A DNA stretch of 59,566 nt from NCBI GenBank assembly GCA_963934665.1, contig CAWVZF010000001.1, positions 1-59,566 of the forward strand, written 5' to 3'. Shown piece after piece: positions 9,102 to 19,784 of this stretch. The DNA comes from an uncultured bacterium (GTDB lineage Bacteria > Gemmatimonadota > Gemmatimonadetes > Longimicrobiales > Gaopeijiaceae). Made by a program: the position numbers and the translations under genes. How positions within the stretch are numbered: the first letter of the stretch is position 1; every line of letters starts with the position of its first letter. The notes below the pieces were generated by a model, which made no database searches, was not told the origin of the DNA, and saw nothing but the letters and a program-made list of their open reading frames with translations.

Positions 9102-10544
9102 TCAACTGAAGTCCACCCCAAAGATCATTACCGCAATAATGATTGCGGCTACAGCCGCTGGTGCTACCCAACGAATGAAAAAACGCCAAGTCTCGTACCG
9201 AAACCAACTAGGCTGTGTGCCATCCATGAGCTCGTTCATGGTGTCTTCTCTAGTCATAAACCAACCTGCTGCGATCGTTACTGCGAACCCACCGGTCGGT
9301 AGCATCCAGTTCGAAACGAAATGGTCAGCCATAGAGAACCAGCCAATTTTGCCCCCAAAAAGTGTCTCTCCTATTGCACCTGGGACAACAAGATTGGATA
9401 CACCTGAAACAGCACCAAAAGATATGGCGGCGAGGATAGTGAAGATGAAAACAGCACCACCGCACATTAATGTTGCTTTTTGCCGAGCGATGCCATGCTC
9501 GTCGATCACATAACTCGCGACGACTTCGAGCAGTGACATCGTGGATGTGAGAGCAGCAAGTGCAATAAGCACATAGAAGAGCGGTCCCAGGAAGCGTCCA
9601 AGAGGAACCTCAGTGAAGAACAACTCAGGTAGCGAGATGAAGAGCATGCCGACCGTAGATGCACCAACCTGCTCTTCCATCCCGGGAACACTGAATATTA
9701 CTGAAAACATTATGACGGTTGCTAGGAGTGCGATCAGTGTGTCTAGGAGCACGATTGTTGCTGATGCTTTAACAACAGACTGAGTCCTTGAGATATAGGA
9801 ACCGTATGTCACCATACATCCCATTCCTAACGAAAGTGTAAAGAAGGAATGCCCCAGAGCCTCGAGAATTGCGCCTGGCTCAAGCTCATTGAAGTTGGGC
9901 TGAAAAATGAAGGCGAGGGCTTCACTCGAGCCACTCATCCTAACTGCGGAGAAGAGCAGCAAAACGAGAATAACGCCGAGGATAGGTAGAAAGGTCCTCG
10001 CAATCCTCTCAATACCTTTCTGGACCCCTAGGTACACAACTGACACAGTGGCAATACTGAAACCTAAGGACAGCCCGAGTTGAAGGGTGCCGTTGCTGGA
10101 TTGTTCACCAAAGAGATCGCCCATCGCCATGCCACTCGGAAAGCCAGACACCATCCATCCGAATGATTTGCTGAAATAGAAGAGAGACCAACCTGCGATA
10201 ACGGTGTAGTAACTGAGTAAAATGAAACCGCACAGTACCCCCCAGGCTCCGACGATCCCCCACATAGGACCTGCGGCATCCTTAAGTGCACCAACGGCAC
10301 TTTTTTGCGTCTTTCGACCGATGAGCAACTCCGCCATCATGATTGGCAAGCCTACGGCAGCTATACATATCAGGTAGACTAGGACAAAGGCTCCACCACC
10401 GTTTTCCCAGGTAATAAACGGAAATTTCCAGAGATTACCGAGGCCGATTGCGCTTCCTGTGGCCGCGAGGATGAGCCCCATATTCGAGCTCCAATTGCCA
10501 CGTTGCCCGTCCATGGGCTCCACTCCCTTTTCTTCTAGGACCAT
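9102..10544 (-). CDS. Neurotransmitter:sodium symporter (NSS/SNF) family transporter
   Basis: Canonical N-terminal NSS motif WSSNMGLILAATGSAIGLGNLWKFPF and about 11-12 TM segments. An alternative start is Met-11 (10514). Confidence 0.9.
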   Translation of the reverse strand: MVLEEKGVEPMDGQRGNWSSNMGLILAATGSAIGLGNLWKFPFITWENGGGAFVLVYLICIAAVGLPIMMAELLIGRKTQKSAVGALKDAAGPMWGIVGAWGVLCGFILLSYYTVIAGWSLFYFSKSFGWMVSGFPSGMAMGDLFGEQSSNGTLQLGLSLGFSIATVSVVYLGVQKGIERIARTFLPILGVILVLLLFSAVRMSGSSEALAFIFQPNFNELEPGAILEALGHSFFTLSLGMGCMVTYGSYISRTQSVVKASATIVLLDTLIALLATVIMFSVIFSVPGMEEQVGASTVGMLFISLPELFFTEVPLGRFLGPLFYVLIALAALTSTMSLLEVVASYVIDEHGIARQKATLMCGGAVFIFTILAAISFGAVSGVSNLVVPGAIGETLFGGKIGWFSMADHFVSNWMLPTGGFAVTIAAGWFMTREDTMNELMDGTQPSWFRYETWRFFIRWVAPAAVAAIIIAVMIFGVDFS

Positions 10545-10688
10545 TCTGTTCCGATAGTCGTGACCAAATCAGCGTCTGATTGTCTAACGGAATCCAGATC
10601 TCGGGCGCAAAACATACCGGGCACTTTGAACTCCCAACAGTCAAAGGTTTACACTAGGGAATCTCCACACTCGCTCTTTTAGTGGGAC

Positions 10689-11735
10689 ATGCTTATGCAC
10701 CGATTGATCCTAACTGCCTTACTCCTAACAAATGCAGCTGTATCGGCTTGTACCGCTCCGGAGAACTCCGATAGGCGAGCGATGGGACCCGAGGAGGTTC
10801 CACTGCGTGCAGCGCTACTCACTGCAGGTCCGGTTAGCGATGCTGGTTGGTATGCTGGTGCTTATGAAGGATTACTCCTTCTTCGTGATTCTCTCGGGGC
10901 CCAGGTTAGTCACCAACAAACCCGGACTCCGGCGGAGTTTGATGAGGCATTCCTATCATATGCTTCATCAGGGTACGATTTAATTTTTGCACACGGGTTT
11001 GAGTACCAAGACGCTGCAATACGTGCAGGTCAGCAATTTCCCGGCACTACGTTCATTGTAAGTGGAGGAGGTAGGTACTCGGAAAACGTCATCCCACTGA
11101 TCTTCGAGTTAGAGGAGGGCAGTTACCTTGCGGGCATGGCTGCCGCTCAGGTAAGTGAGTCTGGCATCTTAGGTATGGTCGGCGGCGTTGAGATTCCACC
11201 TGTCCAAGGAACCTTCAGAGCCTTCGAGGCCGGTGCCGAAAGTATTAATCCGGAGATAAGAGTTCTTGAAGCTTTTATTGGCAATTGGGACGATGTGGCT
11301 GCTGCAAAAGAGGCCGCGATCGCTCAACTACGTAATGGAGCTGATGTTATCATCCACAATGTCGATGCGGCCTCTTTTGGAGTTTTTCAAGCTGTCAGGG
11401 AGATGGTCGAATCAGGAGGAAGGGCATGGGCGCTTGGGATGAACCGTGACCAAAACCAGATTGCACCAGAAGTGATCTTGGGTAGCGCGGTTATCCGCAT
11501 CCCACAGGCATTTCTGGAGATCGCACTTTCTTGGGAGTCCGGTGAACTAGGTGGCCGACCGATCTATGCTGGAGCTAACACTCAGGTTATCGATTTCGTC
11601 GTGAACCCAGCCATAGCCGATATCTTCTCAGCTGACTTCATTGCGACAATGCAAGAGGTGCGAGAGCGTATTCGCAGCGGGACATTTGAAGTTCCGAAGG
11701 TCTCATTCATAGAGGGTGAGATCGGCGAGTCATGA
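10689..11735 (+). CDS. BMP-family (Med/PnrA-like) ABC substrate-binding lipoprotein
   Basis: Lipobox AAVSAC. BMP-like blocks are present (DAGWYAGAYEG, GVEIPPVQG, NVDAASFGVFQA). It is the first gene of an ABC operon. Confidence 0.8.
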   Translation: MLMHRLILTALLLTNAAVSACTAPENSDRRAMGPEEVPLRAALLTAGPVSDAGWYAGAYEGLLLLRDSLGAQVSHQQTRTPAEFDEAFLSYASSGYDLIFAHGFEYQDAAIRAGQQFPGTTFIVSGGGRYSENVIPLIFELEEGSYLAGMAAAQVSESGILGMVGGVEIPPVQGTFRAFEAGAESINPEIRVLEAFIGNWDDVAAAKEAAIAQLRNGADVIIHNVDAASFGVFQAVREMVESGGRAWALGMNRDQNQIAPEVILGSAVIRIPQAFLEIALSWESGELGGRPIYAGANTQVIDFVVNPAIADIFSADFIATMQEVRERIRSGTFEVPKVSFIEGEIGES

Positions 11736-13267
11736 CCGATGTTTTTGCGCGCCTTAATGGCATCATCCGTCATTTTGGACAGGTGAAGGCACTCGACAGC
11801 GCAAATCTTGAAATTCATTCAGGTGAAATCCACGGGATCTTAGGGGAGAATGGTGCCGGCAAGACCACGCTCCTAAATATCTTGGGGGGTATCATCCATC
11901 CGGATGCTGGTTTCCTAGAAGTGGGCGGGTCCCAGGTCAGGTTACAGAGTGCAAGGGCCGCTTGGAAAATGGGGATTGGTCTGGTGCACCAACACTTTAC
12001 TTTGGTGCCAGGCCTTTCTGTGCTCGAGAATCTTGCACTCGGTCGGCGGCACAGGGGGCATAGGTGGAAATTACACCTGAAGGAGATACGTAAAGAAGCT
12101 AGTGACCTCAGCAAACTTACAGGGCTCACCGTACCCTTCGAAGCCTCGATCGAGGAATTGGGAGTGGGGGATCGACAGCGGATTGAAATCCTGAAGGCTC
12201 TGCTACGTGACCCTCAATTGCTTGTACTTGATGAGCCGACTGCGGTGCTAGCGCCTGCGGAAATCGATCAGTTGTTCCGGCTTCTTCGCACTTTGGCTGA
12301 GGAGGGGCGTGCAGTTGTCCTCGTCGCGCACAAATTAGATGAAATATTGTCAATCGCGGATCGTGTCACAGTACTAAGAAGGGGACGCACTGTGATGACC
12401 GCTGCCGGGGCTGATATAGATACAGCAATCTTGACCGATGCCATGGTTGGGTCCTCTAGCAGCGACGGAGATGTCCCTACGACCCCCGATGTTTTATCAG
12501 CGCTCGGTCAGGGCTCAGATCACTCGGCTCAAAATAGAGAACCGGGTAATCGTTCGGTAGCGGAATTGAAGGGGGTAGATGTGTACGGCCCGCAGGGAGG
12601 ACTAGCTCTGCAGGACGTGGGACTAGAGGTAATGAGTGGCGAGGTGATTGGGGTGGCTGGTGTAGAGGGTAATGGGCAGCGTGAGTTAGCGCTTGTCTTG
12701 TCTGGCCGTCAGGAGGTGTCCTCAGGAAAACTACAGATTCCCGAGCACGTTGGTTTTATCCCACAGGATCGTAACCGGGACGGATTGGCAGCAGATTTCG
12801 ATCTCACGGAAAATGTGGCTCTAGCATTGCACCGTGACCCAAAGTTTCGCTTGGGTCCTCTGCTTCGTTGGAGTCTAATCGAGTCACACACCGCTGAGAT
12901 CCGATCCCGATTCAAGGTAAGGTCTTCAGGTGGGCGAACTCTTGCGCGTGAACTTTCTGGTGGAAACCAGCAAAGATTGGTGGTAGGTCGAGAGCTTTCC
13001 CGGCTGCCTGAACTCTTAATTGCAGAAAATCCCACCCGGGGACTGGATTTTACGGCGACAGCATTCGTCCGCGGGGAGCTGAAAAGATTGGCTCATGATA
13101 AAGCTGCTGGTGTCGTGTTGATCTCGACGGACCTAGACGAAATACTGGAGGTAGCAGACCGCGTCTTCGTGATTCTACGTGGCAAGCTGACTCCTGTACC
13201 ATCTGCGCATAATTCTCAGGAAGCTGTCGGTGCTATGATGTTGGGTAGCAGGCTCGAGGTCCACTGA
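11732..13267 (+). CDS. ABC transporter ATP-binding protein (duplicated ATPase, sugar/nucleoside type)
   Basis: ATGA overlap with the binding-protein gene. Walker A GENGAGKTT, Walker B LLVLDEPT, and a second half with LSGGNQQR and LIAENPTRGLD. Confidence 0.9.
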   Translation: MTDVFARLNGIIRHFGQVKALDSANLEIHSGEIHGILGENGAGKTTLLNILGGIIHPDAGFLEVGGSQVRLQSARAAWKMGIGLVHQHFTLVPGLSVLENLALGRRHRGHRWKLHLKEIRKEASDLSKLTGLTVPFEASIEELGVGDRQRIEILKALLRDPQLLVLDEPTAVLAPAEIDQLFRLLRTLAEEGRAVVLVAHKLDEILSIADRVTVLRRGRTVMTAAGADIDTAILTDAMVGSSSSDGDVPTTPDVLSALGQGSDHSAQNREPGNRSVAELKGVDVYGPQGGLALQDVGLEVMSGEVIGVAGVEGNGQRELALVLSGRQEVSSGKLQIPEHVGFIPQDRNRDGLAADFDLTENVALALHRDPKFRLGPLLRWSLIESHTAEIRSRFKVRSSGGRTLARELSGGNQQRLVVGRELSRLPELLIAENPTRGLDFTATAFVRGELKRLAHDKAAGVVLISTDLDEILEVADRVFVILRGKLTPVPSAHNSQEAVGAMMLGSRLEVH

Positions 13268-13268
13268 A

Positions 13269-14291
13269 ATGAGGCGCTTTGACCAGCTGGCTGTCGCCGT
13301 TTTGGCTTTGGTCGCTACCGGTATCATAGCCGCAGGATCTCTATGGCTTGGAGGGTATGACCCCTTAGTCGCTGGTGCAGCGATGTTTCAGGGGTCTTTC
13401 GGTAGTGGAACAGCGATACTTTCGGTCACAATGGTCCGTGCAGTCCCATTGATAGTCACAGGCCTTGCGGTCGCATTGGCGTTTCGGGCTGGGGTATGGA
13501 ATATCGGAGCGGAGGGCCAGCTCTATGCTGGCGCAATCGCGGCCGCCTGGGTGGGCCTGAGCTGGGGCAATGCGCCTGGGTGGTTTCTTGCTCCAGCCAC
13601 ACTAGTTGCCGCCTTGCTAGCAGGGGCTGCATGGGCCGCCATACCCGCGTTCATGAAGGTAAGGCTAGGTATCGGAGAGGTGATTCCGACGATTCTAATG
13701 AACTTCGTGGGAATTTATCTTGCAGCATTCGTGGTCCACGGTCCACTTCAGGAAACCCGTGGTGTCTTCCCTCAGACTGACCCTATCAGTGATGCTGCAA
13801 GGCTATCCGTGCTGGTGGAAGGAACACGACTACATGCAGGTTTTCTGATTGCACTGCTTTTGGGTGTAATACTTTGGATTGGGTTGCGTTGGACCCACTT
13901 TGGCTTTCAGGCTCGTTCAGTTGGGGCTTCTCCTGAAGCGGCTCGTGTATCAGGGATGATTGAAAGCAAGCGAGTTCTACTAGTCGTTTTCCTTGGTTCT
14001 GGTGCGATTGCCGGTCTGGCCGGTGGCATCGAGATCACTGGCGTGACATTCGCACTCTACGAAGGACTCTCACCTGGTTGGGGCTATACAGCGATCGCCG
14101 TGGCACTGCTAGCTGGACTTCATCCTGCATGGGTGGTTTTTACTGGTCTGCTTTTTGGAGGACTGGAAGCAGGAGCTGGTGCGATGCAGCGAGAAGCTGG
14201 TGTACCTGCAGCGTGGGTGAGCGCAGTCGAAGCGCTTGTGATCCTGTTTGTTTTGGCCGGAGACCAGATCAGGAGACGATTCAGTGCCTGA
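13269..14291 (+). CDS. ABC transporter permease
   Basis: Polytopic and glycine/alanine-rich. It starts 1 nt after the ATPase stop. Confidence 0.85.
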   Translation: MRRFDQLAVAVLALVATGIIAAGSLWLGGYDPLVAGAAMFQGSFGSGTAILSVTMVRAVPLIVTGLAVALAFRAGVWNIGAEGQLYAGAIAAAWVGLSWGNAPGWFLAPATLVAALLAGAAWAAIPAFMKVRLGIGEVIPTILMNFVGIYLAAFVVHGPLQETRGVFPQTDPISDAARLSVLVEGTRLHAGFLIALLLGVILWIGLRWTHFGFQARSVGASPEAARVSGMIESKRVLLVVFLGSGAIAGLAGGIEITGVTFALYEGLSPGWGYTAIAVALLAGLHPAWVVFTGLLFGGLEAGAGAMQREAGVPAAWVSAVEALVILFVLAGDQIRRRFSA

Positions 14292-14292
14292 G

Positions 14293-15213
14293 ATGATCAC
14301 CGTTGTTGCATTTTTAGAAGCATCGGTCCGTCTGGGCATTCCGCTCGCACTAGCTGCGATGGGAGAAACGATTACCGAGCGTAGTGGGGTCATCAACATC
14401 GGTCTTGAGGGTTCACTGATTGCGGGTGCACTCGGAGGTGCGCTTGGAGCTCTCGCCATTGGTGGTGCTGGTGGAGGGATCTTAGTTGGTGCATTCGGAG
14501 GCGCATTAGTAGCGATGATTTTTGCAGGGTTTGCGGTCGGTCTAGGGACCGATCAGATCATCACCGGGACTGCTGTAACTCTAGGTGGCCTAGGGTTTAC
14601 GGGTGCGATATACCAGGCTCGCTTTGGGACCACGGGAACGGCGTTAACCCTACCTACTCTGTCTTCAGTTCCAATCCCGTTGCTCTCGGATATTCCAATC
14701 ATCGGGTCGGCCCTCTTCAATCAGGCGCCAACTACGTATTTCACTTATCTCTTGGCACCAACGCTCTGGTATTTCGTGTACCGTACAGAGTGGGGGTTGG
14801 AATTAAGAGCTGTTGGAGAGGAACCGGATGCAGCCGCAGCCGCTGGCGTGCGGGTGAAGCAGACTCGTTTCTGGGCAACGGTTTTTGGTGGTACACTTGC
14901 TGGTATAGCCGGCGCTCACCTTGCTCTTGCTCACGCTGGCACTTTTGCTGAGAACATGAGTGCTGGCCGCGGGTTCATCGCGATTGCGGTAGTCGTGCTA
15001 GGTCGGTGGAATCCACCCCTTGTTCTTCTAGCCGCACTTTTCTTTGGGGCGGCATCAGCACTTCAATTTCAAGCCCAAACGCTCGGGCTGGCTGTCCCTT
15101 ATCAGTTGTTTCTAGCGTTCCCCTACCTCCTCACTTTATTAGCGTTGGCAGGTTGGGTGGGGAAGTCACGGGCTCCAGCATCTCTTGCTTTACCATGGCC
15201 AAAGGACAGTTAG
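14293..15213 (+). CDS. ABC transporter permease (second subunit)
   Basis: Start chosen at ATG 14293 (MITVVAF...), directly after the upstream stop. The track ORF begins at 14248. Polytopic. Confidence 0.8.
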   Translation: MITVVAFLEASVRLGIPLALAAMGETITERSGVINIGLEGSLIAGALGGALGALAIGGAGGGILVGAFGGALVAMIFAGFAVGLGTDQIITGTAVTLGGLGFTGAIYQARFGTTGTALTLPTLSSVPIPLLSDIPIIGSALFNQAPTTYFTYLLAPTLWYFVYRTEWGLELRAVGEEPDAAAAAGVRVKQTRFWATVFGGTLAGIAGAHLALAHAGTFAENMSAGRGFIAIAVVVLGRWNPPLVLLAALFFGAASALQFQAQTLGLAVPYQLFLAFPYLLTLLALAGWVGKSRAPASLALPWPKDS

Positions 15214-15343
15214 AGGGAATGATGTGGGCCAACTGTGCTCTCACCGTTCTGGCTGCCCGTTTGTTACGGGTATCGGCCGTAAGACTCCAGCATCTATCTT
15301 TACGAGTCTTTGGTCTCGACACCTACGCCTTCCGATAGGAACC

Positions 15344-18016
15344 ATGATGAGGCTATGCAGAGTGTGGGTTAAACGGTTCACAGCGCTGAGTATGCTGGCC
15401 CTCATTGCTATTCCACCGAGTGTAGACGCCCAGTCAATGAGAGGCACCGGGATTGTGCCCACGGGCCTCTTGCTTCGCCAGTTGGATGGAGTAAAGCGCG
15501 TCCTCATCATCGGTGCTCACCCGGATGACGAGGACACGAGCCTTCTCACTGCTCTCGCTAGGGGCTGGGGTGTTGAGGCCGCTTATCTCGCACTGACGCG
15601 TGGTGACGGCGGCCAAAACCTCATTGGTCCTGAGCTCTGGGAAGGCCTGGGCGTTATCCGTACAGGTGAACTAGAGGCTGCACGTACTTTGGATGGTGGG
15701 CAGCAATTCTTCACACGAGCATTCGACTATGGATTCTCTAAGAGTGCCGATGAGGCATTGTCACTGTGGTCTCGTGAAGAACTCCTCGAAGATGTGACAT
15801 GGGTTGTAAGAAAATTTCGACCACATGTGATTGTGTCAGAATTCAGCGGCACCCCACGTGACGGGCATGGGCAGCATCAAGCTGCTGGGATTATAGCGCG
15901 GGAGGTTTTTGAAGCTGCTGGAGATCGCAGCCGATTCACGGAACAGTTTGAACACGGTGTTGAGCCTTGGAGACCGGCAAAACTGTACGAGACATCTCGC
16001 AGACGCTTCTTCGGTGGTAGAGAAGGCACTAACGACGATGTCACGATCATTGATACCGGGAGTCATGATGCGTTGCTAGGCCGCTCTTTGTTCCAGCTTT
16101 CAATGGAGAGTCGAAGCCAACATCGGTCACAGGATATGGGTGCGCCCCAGCCATTCGGGCCCCAGGACACGGGCCTAACTCTTGTCGACACTCAGATTGA
16201 TGGGTCTGGCGATGGGATGTTTTCGGGCATCGATACCACGTTGATAGGTATCGCAGCCCGACTCGATAGCAGGCTGGGTGCTAGGGTTCTTCCGCACCTT
16301 GAGGCTTATCGGGCGTCCATCATGAGGGCCCGAGGGGTTTTCGGGCTGAATCCCTCTGTAATTGTGCCAGATTTGGCAGAGGCACTCGAGCATCTGGTAC
16401 TAGCGGGAGCAGCAGCCGGTACGGTAGCCGACCAAGAATTCATAATTGCACTCGCGAAGAAGAGAATCCTAGCGACGCAAGCTTTGATGGCCGCGTCAGC
16501 TGTCACCTTCGATGTTAGGGTGGCAGATGATCTTCTTGTCCCGGGTCAGGCCGTCCAAGTCCAAGCACACCTTTGGAATGGTGGTGATTTTCACCTAACG
16601 AATCCAACGGTAGACCTAGAGATCCCTGAAGCTTGGGAAGCTCGTGAGATGTCCGTTTCCGGGTTATCTGCAAACGGAGAGGTGATAGCGGGCACGCTCG
16701 CAACGTGGACTTTTGACTTGATAGTGTCTGATAATTCGGATCTGTCACGGCTCTACTTCTTGAGGGAAGATCGTGATGGGGCCCGCTACCGATGGCCCGA
16801 TGAACCTGAGCTCTGGGGAATGCCTCGCGATCCTGCACCGGTCCGGGGGAGGGCAGTGTTTTCGCAGATGCTCGAAGGCGAATCTATGGGCGGCCGTGTC
16901 GAGACTGTTGTTCCCTGGCGCTACGTTGGTGTGGATCCGTCATTCGGTGAGTTCGAGAAGCCGGTATTGGTAGTACCAGGAGTTTCCGTGGCCGTCACAC
17001 CGGGCGGAATTGCTTGGCCGCAGGATCAGGCACAATCCCGGTCGATTTCGGTCATCGTGCGCTCGCAGAAAGATGAAGGTGCTCGGGGTGAGGTGAGACT
17101 TGTCGCACCTCAGGGATGGATGGTAACACCAGCAGATCACTCATTTGATTTGAGAGATTCAGCGGCAGAGCGAACACTAGAGTTTACTGTGCAACCTGAG
17201 GGTGAACTCTCGTTAGGTGACCATGCTTTCCAGGCTGTTGTGCGCACAGATGACGACCATGTCTATACCGAAGGTTTTGCGCTTATCGACTATGAACATA
17301 TCCCTCGGTCACCTCTTTATTCTGATGCCGAGTTGGCCATAACGGTCTTCCCTGTAGCTGTCACTCCGGGGTTAAGGGTCGGATATATTATGGGTTCAGG
17401 AGATGACGGTCCGGAAGCAATCCGCCAACTCGGAGTTGAGGTTGATGTTCTGGACGAAAACACGGTTCGGAGTGGCTCTTTTAGCTCATTTGACGTTCTG
17501 GTGTTGGGGGTGCGGGCGTACGAAGTCCGCCCAGATCTTCGTGCTGCGAGTGCCCAGATCTTGGATTTTTCGAGAGCCGGTGGCACCGTATTAGTGCAGT
17601 ATAACCGAGGCAGCTTGGGTTCCCTCGCACCCCAAGCAATCCAAGTCGGGCGAGGGTCTCCTCGTGTATCAGATGAGACTGCAGAGGTCACTCTACTTGC
17701 TTCCTCATCACCAGCCCTTACTGCACCTAATCAAATTACCCAGTTCGACTTCGAAGGATGGGTTCAGGAGAGAGGTCTCTACTTCGCTGCTAGTTGGGAT
17801 AGTGCTTATGTACCGCTCCTGGAGATGAACGATCCGGGAGAGGAGGCAAGGCGAGGCTCGCTGTTGGTGGCCACTGTCGGGGAGGGTCTCTTTATCTACA
17901 CTGGACTCGCATTTTTTCGACAATGGGCCAGTAGGGTACCTGGTGCCTACCGGCTTTTTGCTAATCTCATCTCACTCGATCCAGCAAGCTGGAGGGAATT
18001 CACTTCGAGGAACTAG
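15344..18016 (+). CDS. Large exported PIG-L/LmbE-family deacetylase with a C-terminal GATase1/ThuA-like domain
   Basis: Signal peptide MMRLCRVWVKRFTALSMLALIAIPPSVDAQ. PIG-L motifs LIIGAHPDDEDTS and RDGHGQHQAAG. The C-terminal block is FDVLVLGVRAYEVRPDL...GGTVLVQY. Start taken at ATG 15344, not the track's 15185. Confidence 0.8.
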   Translation: MMRLCRVWVKRFTALSMLALIAIPPSVDAQSMRGTGIVPTGLLLRQLDGVKRVLIIGAHPDDEDTSLLTALARGWGVEAAYLALTRGDGGQNLIGPELWEGLGVIRTGELEAARTLDGGQQFFTRAFDYGFSKSADEALSLWSREELLEDVTWVVRKFRPHVIVSEFSGTPRDGHGQHQAAGIIAREVFEAAGDRSRFTEQFEHGVEPWRPAKLYETSRRRFFGGREGTNDDVTIIDTGSHDALLGRSLFQLSMESRSQHRSQDMGAPQPFGPQDTGLTLVDTQIDGSGDGMFSGIDTTLIGIAARLDSRLGARVLPHLEAYRASIMRARGVFGLNPSVIVPDLAEALEHLVLAGAAAGTVADQEFIIALAKKRILATQALMAASAVTFDVRVADDLLVPGQAVQVQAHLWNGGDFHLTNPTVDLEIPEAWEAREMSVSGLSANGEVIAGTLATWTFDLIVSDNSDLSRLYFLREDRDGARYRWPDEPELWGMPRDPAPVRGRAVFSQMLEGESMGGRVETVVPWRYVGVDPSFGEFEKPVLVVPGVSVAVTPGGIAWPQDQAQSRSISVIVRSQKDEGARGEVRLVAPQGWMVTPADHSFDLRDSAAERTLEFTVQPEGELSLGDHAFQAVVRTDDDHVYTEGFALIDYEHIPRSPLYSDAELAITVFPVAVTPGLRVGYIMGSGDDGPEAIRQLGVEVDVLDENTVRSGSFSSFDVLVLGVRAYEVRPDLRAASAQILDFSRAGGTVLVQYNRGSLGSLAPQAIQVGRGSPRVSDETAEVTLLASSSPALTAPNQITQFDFEGWVQERGLYFAASWDSAYVPLLEMNDPGEEARRGSLLVATVGEGLFIYTGLAFFRQWASRVPGAYRLFANLISLDPASWREFTSRN

Positions 18017-18085
18017 CACTCATATGTAGAGGGCAAAGTACCACTCAGCCGCGAGCGTTGACTCAGCTGTGATAACTAGGGTTGG

Positions 18086-19744
18086 CTAAGCGTTCCTTCG
18101 GTCTATGAGGCTCAATGGGACACCCACAAGCAGAACCACGACTGCTCCGATGACGTTTTGCCAGAGGTACTCTATGGAGGTCTGGAATGCGACAAATCCG
18201 ACTGTCCCCATACCGATAATAAGCCCAAGAAAAGCCCCTCGGGCTTTGGCCATAGGGACCATCGCTAGAAGAAACACACCGAGTATCGAACCATAAAAAA
18301 ACGATCCAAAACGGTTTACGACTTCGATGAGTGATCCGAGTGTAGCAGCGTAGGTTGCTACGATGCAGGCGAAGAAGCCCCAGAAAACGGTGGCCCCCTT
18401 CGATACGGTCAGGTAATGGGCATCATCAGCATGTGGTTTGATCCATCGCCTATAGAAATCGATCACACTGGTGGTCGAAAGGGCGTTGAGTTCGGCGGCG
18501 ATGCTAGACATAGCGGCAGCAAAGACCCCTGCTATGAAGAGTCCAGCCAGCCCGATCGGAAGTTCGGAAAGTACAAAGCGCGGGATAATGTAGTTCACGT
18601 CGGTTGATGATTCGTCCGTCTCTTCCACCACCATCGCGAGGGCTTCGCCCCGGATCGCTTGAATTTCCTGCTCGCGAGCAAGAAAAAGTTCCATCGGTTG
18701 TTGGCTGCCATCGGACGCGTCGGCGACAGCGAAGGCTGCTTCTTCTCTCAGCGTAAATACCTCAGCGTATCTTCTCTGAAGGTCGTCATACTCCGCCCCT
18801 CTAGCCGCTACCACTGCAGCCTCGTGCGCAGGGTTATAGAGCAGGGGAGGGCGCACGAACTGGTAGTACATGAAGACGCCGACGCCGACTAAGAGCACGA
18901 GAGCTTGAAGGGGGATTTTCCAGTAAGCACTCATGAGGAGCGAGCTTTTTGCCTCGTGAACTGATCTTGCAGCGAGGTAACGCTGGACCTGGCTTTGATC
19001 AGTGCCGAAATACGAAAGCATGAGAAATGTTCCCCCGATCACCCCGGACCATACCGTGTAGCGCTCACTTATATCGAAAGAGAAGTCGAATACTTGCAGT
19101 CGGCCTGTAGCTCCAGCAATTGTGAGGGCTTCTCCTGGGCTGATTGGCATCTGGATGACCAGGACAAACATGATTGAGACCAATGCGATGACGATCAGAA
19201 CCATTTGCTTTACGTCAGCCCAGGCGACCGCCTGAACTCCTCCAACCATAGTATAGATCACAGTTGGAACACCGATCATAGCCACAGCCCACACCAGGGG
19301 AATTCCGAAGATGGCACTAAAGACCACACCTGGTGCTGCCATGATGGTTCCGACCGAGAGCCCCCTGCATATCAGGAAAAGAAATGCCGTCAGCGCGCGC
19401 GTCTTAGCGTCAAAGCGGCGTTCTAGATACTCGTAGGCAGTGTAGACCCCAGAGCCATGAAGGAGGGGGACGATGGTCACGCCAAGAATCACCATCGCTA
19501 GAGGTAGTCCGAGATACAGTTGTATGAAACGGAGTCCATCCGTTGCGCCCTGACCCGGTGTACCGATCATGGTCACAGCAGAAAGTTGCGTTGCCATCAC
19601 CGACAGGCCAACGACCCACCAAGACAAGCTTTTATTGGCGATGAAATAGCCGGAGACTGTATCGGTGTCCTTGGATTTCTTGATACCATCCACGACCACC
19701 CAAACCAGGTAGACGATAACAATTAACCAATTGACCCAGTGCAT
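18086..19744 (-). CDS. Sodium:solute symporter (SSS) family transporter
   Basis: 552 aa with about 13 TM segments and SSS-type blocks (GYFIANKSLSWWVVGLSVMATQLSAVTMIGTPG, SYFGTDQSQVQRYL). Confidence 0.85.
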   Translation of the reverse strand: MHWVNWLIVIVYLVWVVVDGIKKSKDTDTVSGYFIANKSLSWWVVGLSVMATQLSAVTMIGTPGQGATDGLRFIQLYLGLPLAMVILGVTIVPLLHGSGVYTAYEYLERRFDAKTRALTAFLFLICRGLSVGTIMAAPGVVFSAIFGIPLVWAVAMIGVPTVIYTMVGGVQAVAWADVKQMVLIVIALVSIMFVLVIQMPISPGEALTIAGATGRLQVFDFSFDISERYTVWSGVIGGTFLMLSYFGTDQSQVQRYLAARSVHEAKSSLLMSAYWKIPLQALVLLVGVGVFMYYQFVRPPLLYNPAHEAAVVAARGAEYDDLQRRYAEVFTLREEAAFAVADASDGSQQPMELFLAREQEIQAIRGEALAMVVEETDESSTDVNYIIPRFVLSELPIGLAGLFIAGVFAAAMSSIAAELNALSTTSVIDFYRRWIKPHADDAHYLTVSKGATVFWGFFACIVATYAATLGSLIEVVNRFGSFFYGSILGVFLLAMVPMAKARGAFLGLIIGMGTVGFVAFQTSIEYLWQNVIGAVVVLLVGVPLSLIDRRNA

Positions 19745-19784
19745 TACGTCGACTCTCTGTTACCGCGGGTAATACTGCTGGCTA

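Noticed and set aside
15185-15343. N-terminal extensions of track ORFs, here for the PIG-L gene. Others are at 42204-42347, 26835-26942, 23287-23427, 23452-23508 and 47310-47384.
   Set aside because: In each case the extension is non-protein-like or overlaps the neighbouring gene. An internal Met is followed at once by a signal peptide, a lipobox or the conserved N terminus, often with a better RBS.
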